This document shows, piece after piece, positions 59,706 to 64,000 of a stretch of 64,000 bases of DNA (position 1 is the stretch's first letter; each line of letters starts with the position of its first letter). The notes below the pieces were generated by a model, which saw only the letters and a program-made list of their open reading frames with translations, was not told the DNA's origin and did no database searches. The stretch is from NCBI GenBank assembly GCA_963666925.2, contig CAXXTC010000002.1, positions 1-64,000 on the forward strand, read 5' to 3'. The position numbers and the translations under genes are program-made. Origin of the DNA: Phycisphaerae bacterium (GTDB taxonomy: Bacteria > Planctomycetota > Phycisphaerae > UBA1845 > Fen-1342).

Positions 59706-59929
59706 CCGCCCGTTCAACGAACAAACCGTAAACACGCACGCAGCGGGGTGACCACGAACACGCGGTCGCCCCGCTGGCGTCGTTGATGCTCAGCGTGCAA
59801 ACAAACCGCGAGTGTTCCCGGATGGCGACCGGGCCGCACGAAGGACTCGCGTGTGGGGGGGAATTCAAGCGCTACGAGCGATAGGCCGCAGCAAGTGTGC
59901 AGCGATCAACGTAGCCAGAGGGGTGGGGA

Positions 59930-60793
59930 TTATGCGGGAGTGGAGGGAGCCCGTGCATCGCGCGAATCGTCACGCCCCCAGGTGGCCTCACCGGCACGAC
60001 GCCGGTGGGCGGCCTGGCGACGAGCAGCCAGATTCACGTACAAGTACACAGGGAGCGACAGCCACAAACCCGGCCGGGCCAGCACCCAGCGCCACAACGG
60101 CTCGCGGGCTGCCCGATGATCGGCCGTCGCCACGTGCGGAAACGCGCGGCGCAGTTGGGCATGCCCCAGGCGAACACGGGTCTTGGCACGAATCAGGCCC
60201 GCCAGCGTCCGCGGCGGATCAACACGCGACACCGCCGACGACACGGTCACGCGCTGTTCGGGCGGAAAACTGAAACGAACGAAGCCGTCGTCGTTGATGA
60301 CGTCGGGGAACTGCTCGAAGCGCGCCCGGCCCGCCTGCGAGACGGCATATACGCCGGTGCCAACCTGCCCACCCACCTGGTTATAGGGCAGACGCGTCCA
60401 GACACGGTAAAACGCGCGTACGGGCCAGGAGGTCTGCGACAGGTCCATGCGCAGCGCGGGCGTAGCAAAATGCGCATCGCCGCTTTGGAGCACCTCCGCG
60501 ATGGCGCGGATCGAAGCAAGGTCGAGCACAACGTCGGCGTCGATATATATGCGGGGAAAGCCGGTGGCCGCCGCGTCGGCAGCGTTCAGGGCCGCAATCT
60601 TTGACGCCTGCGAAACCTCGATCACGCGTACCAGCGGACCACAGCGCCGGGCCAGTTCTGCGGTTTCGTCGGTGCAGCCGTTGCACGCGACGATCACTTC
60701 GAGCTCGCCGGGCGTAGCACCATCCACGATGGCGTGCAGGCCACGCTCGATGACGGCCGCCTCGTTATGTGCCGGAACAATGATGGACAGCAT
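59930..60793 (-). CDS. Glycosyltransferase family 2
   Basis: SIIVPAHNE, CNGCTD, KIAALN, YIDAD, INDD. Confidence 0.92.
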   Translation of the reverse strand: MLSIIVPAHNEAAVIERGLHAIVDGATPGELEVIVACNGCTDETAELARRCGPLVRVIEVSQASKIAALNAADAAATGFPRIYIDADVVLDLASIRAIAEVLQSGDAHFATPALRMDLSQTSWPVRAFYRVWTRLPYNQVGGQVGTGVYAVSQAGRARFEQFPDVINDDGFVRFSFPPEQRVTVSSAVSRVDPPRTLAGLIRAKTRVRLGHAQLRRAFPHVATADHRAAREPLWRWVLARPGLWLSLPVYLYVNLAARRQAAHRRRAGEATWGRDDSRDARAPSTPA

Positions 60794-60802
60794 GCGGCGA
60801 AC

Positions 60803-61321
60803 TCACTCTTGAGCTGGTGAATCGGTGGCGGTGATCGGTTTCTGATTATCCAGGATGAACCCGCGCAAGGCATTGATCAAGTCGGGCGATGCGTGGGCAT
60901 CGATGCGGTCGGCCGGGGAACTGCACAGCAGCGTATCGAGCCGATTGGGCAGTTCGTGCTCGTCGAAGGCGACCGCCACCTTGCCCATCTGGTCGAAGCG
61001 CCGGGCGGTAGCCACCTGGTGGTCGTTGCGCGTTTCGCGCAGGTCGCCGCGCCGCGGCATGACCAGCAGCGGCCGACCAAACTGGAGCGCGGTAATGATG
61101 GTACCCATGCCGGCATGAGCCACGAGCGCTTGCGCGTCGGCCGCCTGCCGGCGAAACTCGTCCGGAGCGATAAACTCGGTCCACTGCATGTGCTGGGGTT
61201 GCCAGGCGCCGGTGCCGATCTGCGCCAACACCGGCGTCTGCGGGTGTTCCGCCGCCCAGGCATCCACCGCGCGGATCAGCCGATCGAAAGGCATCTGGGC
61301 GCCAACCGTCACCAGGATCAC
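60803..61321 (-). CDS. PssE/Cps14G-like glycosyltransferase catalytic subunit (GT28 C-terminal / Alg13-like)
   Basis: GTG start overlapping the upstream stop; ILVTVG.Q.PFDRL, HAGMGT, PR...E..NDHQ. Confidence 0.88.
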   Translation of the reverse strand: MILVTVGAQMPFDRLIRAVDAWAAEHPQTPVLAQIGTGAWQPQHMQWTEFIAPDEFRRQAADAQALVAHAGMGTIITALQFGRPLLVMPRRGDLRETRNDHQVATARRFDQMGKVAVAFDEHELPNRLDTLLCSSPADRIDAHASPDLINALRGFILDNQKPITATDSPAQE

Positions 61322-61797
61322 AGCACGGCCCCCACGTATTGCGGGCCGTCGGCCGTGGCCAGGTGCGGCCACTGCGTCAGCCACAGGTCGGCATAGGAAC
61401 GCACGAGCCGCCCGGTCATCGACATTTCCTCGACGTTGGCAATGCTGTCGATCCAAACGGTGCGTGCGCCACACCACCGGCCAAAGCGAATCGCGAAATA
61501 GCCGGGCGCTGCACCGGTCGAAACCACCACGTCCGGCCTGACGCGCAGAACGATACTGAGAATCCGTGCGCACATGAGTAGAAGCTTGAGCCGATCCCAG
61601 CGGGTGGCGTCGTTGATAGCCCGAAACGGCGTGTCGGGAACATCAGAGCGATAGGCGCGATTGACCGTCACGTAGGTCACGTCACACCCCTGCCACGCCG
61701 GCCCCAGACGCAGCAGTTGCACCCAGTGGCCACCGCCCGAGGAGATCGCCAGCACGCGCCGGCGGCGCTGTTTGCTGCTGTTCATCACGGGCGACAT
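61318..61797 (-). CDS. PssD/Cps14F-like (Alg14-like) glycosyltransferase subunit
   Basis: SSGGGHWVQL, RPDVVVSTGAAPG, WIDSIAN, QWP. Confidence 0.9.
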   Translation of the reverse strand: MSPVMNSSKQRRRRVLAISSGGGHWVQLLRLGPAWQGCDVTYVTVNRAYRSDVPDTPFRAINDATRWDRLKLLLMCARILSIVLRVRPDVVVSTGAAPGYFAIRFGRWCGARTVWIDSIANVEEMSMTGRLVRSYADLWLTQWPHLATADGPQYVGAVL

Positions 61798-62501
61798 TCC
61801 TGCAACTCGCTCCAGGTGCGCAACGTGAAACCTTCGTCGCGAGCCAGTTTCAACAACTGCTCGGTCGTCATGAGCATGTGCTCGGCCCAGGGCTGGTGCT
61901 CGGGCGGACGATCAAAATCGTGCATCAGCACCACGGCGCCGCCCAGTTCGCGCACCTGTTGTGCAATTCCTGCCGGCGTAGCATGAACGCGGCGCGTATC
62001 GCCGGAGTCCAATGTCCACCAGGCCACCGGCGTGCCGCGCCGGCGCAGCCGCCACCAGGTCGGCAGCGTGAGCTTGCCCTCGGGCGGCCGATAGGGAGCA
62101 TTAGGCGAAACCCACTCCGCGAGGGCCGTGTAGCCACGGTTCATATCGGACAGGGCACGCCAAGGCGACACGCGCCAGGCGCTGATGTGCGTATCGGAAT
62201 GGCAGCCCAGTTCGTGGCCGGCGCTGGCCGCGGCACCAACCACGTCGCCGGCATCGCGGGCGCGACTCCCCAGCAGGAAAAAGCTGGCGCGGGCATCGTA
62301 GCGTGCCAGCAAATCGAGCAGGCGAGGCGTGAGCACGGAGCCCGGCCCATCATCATAGGTCAGCACGATCGAACGCGTCGCCCGGCAGAGCTTGTCCAGT
62401 CGGCGTACCTGGCGCAGCCGCAACAAGTGCGGCGAATAATAAAGCGCCCCGGCCAAACCGACCGCCAAACCCCCGATAACCATGCCGCCGATCGCGGTCA
62501 C
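61785..62501 (-). CDS. Polysaccharide deacetylase (CE4)
   Basis: LTYDDGP, HELGCHSDTH, YRPP.G, VVLMHD. Confidence 0.9.
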   Translation of the reverse strand: MTAIGGMVIGGLAVGLAGALYYSPHLLRLRQVRRLDKLCRATRSIVLTYDDGPGSVLTPRLLDLLARYDARASFFLLGSRARDAGDVVGAAASAGHELGCHSDTHISAWRVSPWRALSDMNRGYTALAEWVSPNAPYRPPEGKLTLPTWWRLRRRGTPVAWWTLDSGDTRRVHATPAGIAQQVRELGGAVVLMHDFDRPPEHQPWAEHMLMTTEQLLKLARDEGFTLRTWSELQECRP

Positions 62502-63343
62502 GCCTGTTCACCCGCGCTCAGCGTCGGCCGACGTCCCGCACAAACTCGCCGCAAGCGACGCAGCAGCCCGCGGTACGGACCCAGCCACGCATAGCCCCCG
62601 GCACAGGTCAGCACGAACTCAATTAGCCAGGTGTCAGGCGTCATGCCGAAGCGCCCGATAACGGGGGCCTGATTATCCGACACGAGCTGTTCGCGGAGCG
62701 TATACGTGCGCTGATAGCCGGCCCGACACGCAGCCTGCAAGACACGCTCGTCAAACTCGCCATAGGGCAGCGCCAGATCAACGATTGGCCGATCGGTCAA
62801 CTCCTCCAACGCCCGTCGGCACTCTTCCAGCTCCATGTGCAAAGCGTGATCGTCCAGGTCTGGCAAGCGCGCGTGCGAAACCGTGTGGGCACCGGGCACC
62901 AGCAGATCTTCGCGGACGGCCGCACTGTATTCCGCAGCACTCATGACCCGCTCGTTGCGCTCGGGATGATCGGCCGGCATTGGCCAGCGCGGCGGTTGGT
63001 CGAAATTGCCCGTGACGGCAAAAACCAACGGTTTGGCATTATGGGACTGCAATACGGGCAACGCGTTGTCGAGCAGATTCGCGAACGCATCATCAAAGGT
63101 CAGCCAGACGACCGGGCCGGCGACTGAGCCGTCCTCCGCCGCCAGGTCGCCGGGCGTGCGCAGAAGGCTGCGGGCTTGGCGGATCTGCCGGGCGAAACGC
63201 TCGCGCTGTTCATCACGAACCCCGTGGTAACAAAGCACGACTGCGCGCCGCCGATATGCCCGACCAAAACCGGTGAGCAGCCACCACAGCAGCGCCAGGC
63301 ACAGGTACACCAGACGTACCAGCAGGCCGCGCTTGTCGTACAC
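62498..63343 (-). CDS. Polysaccharide deacetylase (CE4, IcaB-like)
   Basis: VLCYHGV, LTFDDAF, GAHTVSH, ALPYG. Confidence 0.9.
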   Translation of the reverse strand: MYDKRGLLVRLVYLCLALLWWLLTGFGRAYRRRAVVLCYHGVRDEQRERFARQIRQARSLLRTPGDLAAEDGSVAGPVVWLTFDDAFANLLDNALPVLQSHNAKPLVFAVTGNFDQPPRWPMPADHPERNERVMSAAEYSAAVREDLLVPGAHTVSHARLPDLDDHALHMELEECRRALEELTDRPIVDLALPYGEFDERVLQAACRAGYQRTYTLREQLVSDNQAPVIGRFGMTPDTWLIEFVLTCAGGYAWLGPYRGLLRRLRRVCAGRRPTLSAGEQA

Positions 63344-64000
63344 TAGGCGTCTCCCGCGGGGGACTGGTTCGCGTCATCGACGGCAGCGGCATGGTCGTCG
63401 GCCGCTTCTTTGGCTGCGTCGCGGAGTTGGCGTCCGCTCAGCCGACGGTAGAGCGTTTCCGCGCGTTCGAGCAGCCAGGCGCGCCACGCTGACGGTGCAC
63501 AGCCGAACTCGCCCACGAACGTCACCACGCGTGCCCCGAGCCGCAATTTCGCCTCGGCCACACTGCGATTCTCATGCGGGTCATAACCGCCAAAATCGTA
63601 CTGGGTACAGCCGGCCTCGCGGGCACGTTTGATCCGCTCCCACCACACCAGGTTGGCAGCGAAGCAGTCGCGTCCCTCAACATTGGCTGCTCCGATAATG
63701 CCCAGGCAGGTTTGCCCGAGACAACTGGCGATCTGGCCGGCCAACAAGCGCCCGTCCAGATGGCAAAGGGTCACCTCCATGCGCAGGTCCGGGGGGAGTT
63801 GCTGATTCACGCGGCGCATCTCCGCACCGTCGATCCCGCGGAACCACTTGACGCGTTTCAGTTCTTCATAGATCGGGAGAAATTCCGCGAACGACTCGTC
63901 ACGCAGATCGGTCTGAACGGTCAACTCGCTGCGTTCGGCCCGGTTGAGATACTGCCGCCAGCGCCGCTGGAAACGCGCCCGGATTTCGTCAAGCGTGGGG
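63343..64000 (-). CDS. FemAB-like / GNAT acyltransferase of the EPS locus, 5' partial
   Basis: Frame is open to the window edge (RWRQYLNRAER); LVWWE.I..A...G...YDFGG, KLRLG. Confidence 0.78.
   Translation of the reverse strand, partial: PTLDEIRARFQRRWRQYLNRAERSELTVQTDLRDESFAEFLPIYEELKRVKWFRGIDGAEMRRVNQQLPPDLRMEVTLCHLDGRLLAGQIASCLGQTCLGIIGAANVEGRDCFAANLVWWERIKRAREAGCTQYDFGGYDPHENRSVAEAKLRLGARVVTFVGEFGCAPSAWRAWLLERAETLYRRLSGRQLRDAAKEAADDHAAAVDDANQSPAGDA

Noticed and set aside
42341..64000. Exosortase or Wzc/Wzx/Wzy genes
   Set aside because: None was recognisable in the window; the EPS operon continues beyond the right edge.

Overview
High-GC bacterial window. Gene content and style (Phycisphaerae-type small proteins, dockerin-like C-termini, VPxPGA-type PEP-CTERM tails) suggest Planctomycetota, probably Phycisphaerae; this is inference. 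From left to right it holds a glycan-degradation cluster (GH130, transglutaminase+CBM9-like, GH29, Na+/solute symporter, GH38), a COG2403-type P-loop enzyme, small secreted proteins, tRNA-Ser(TGA), a TetR gene with its target, large secreted repeat proteins, a CPA1 antiporter, two GT-C enzymes around a DUF2961/GH172 lipoprotein, Tat-SOD/cupin/ndk, tRNA-Tyr(GTA), DAHP synthase and a double cyclophilin. It ends in an EPS/PEP-CTERM region (Wza-like, TPR, three PEP-CTERM-variant proteins, a giant Ig-repeat protein broken by probable sequencing indels, GT2, PssE/PssD-like, deacetylases, FemAB-like). Top candidate new system: two paralogous ~205-aa leader ORFs built as signal peptide, PEP-CTERM-like TM, conserved WYHTGGP motif and C-terminal APRGPP. 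Each lies directly upstream of a PEP-CTERM gene and carries, just after the RGPP codons, an anti-SD complementary to that gene's own SD. This looks like a SecM/ApdA-like arrest-peptide switch for surface proteins. Also notable: several GTGG-footed REP families inserted in frame in proteins, a 94-bp TA-flanked MITE, and a double cyclophilin with complementary degenerate halves. All product calls come from motif recognition; no searches were run.
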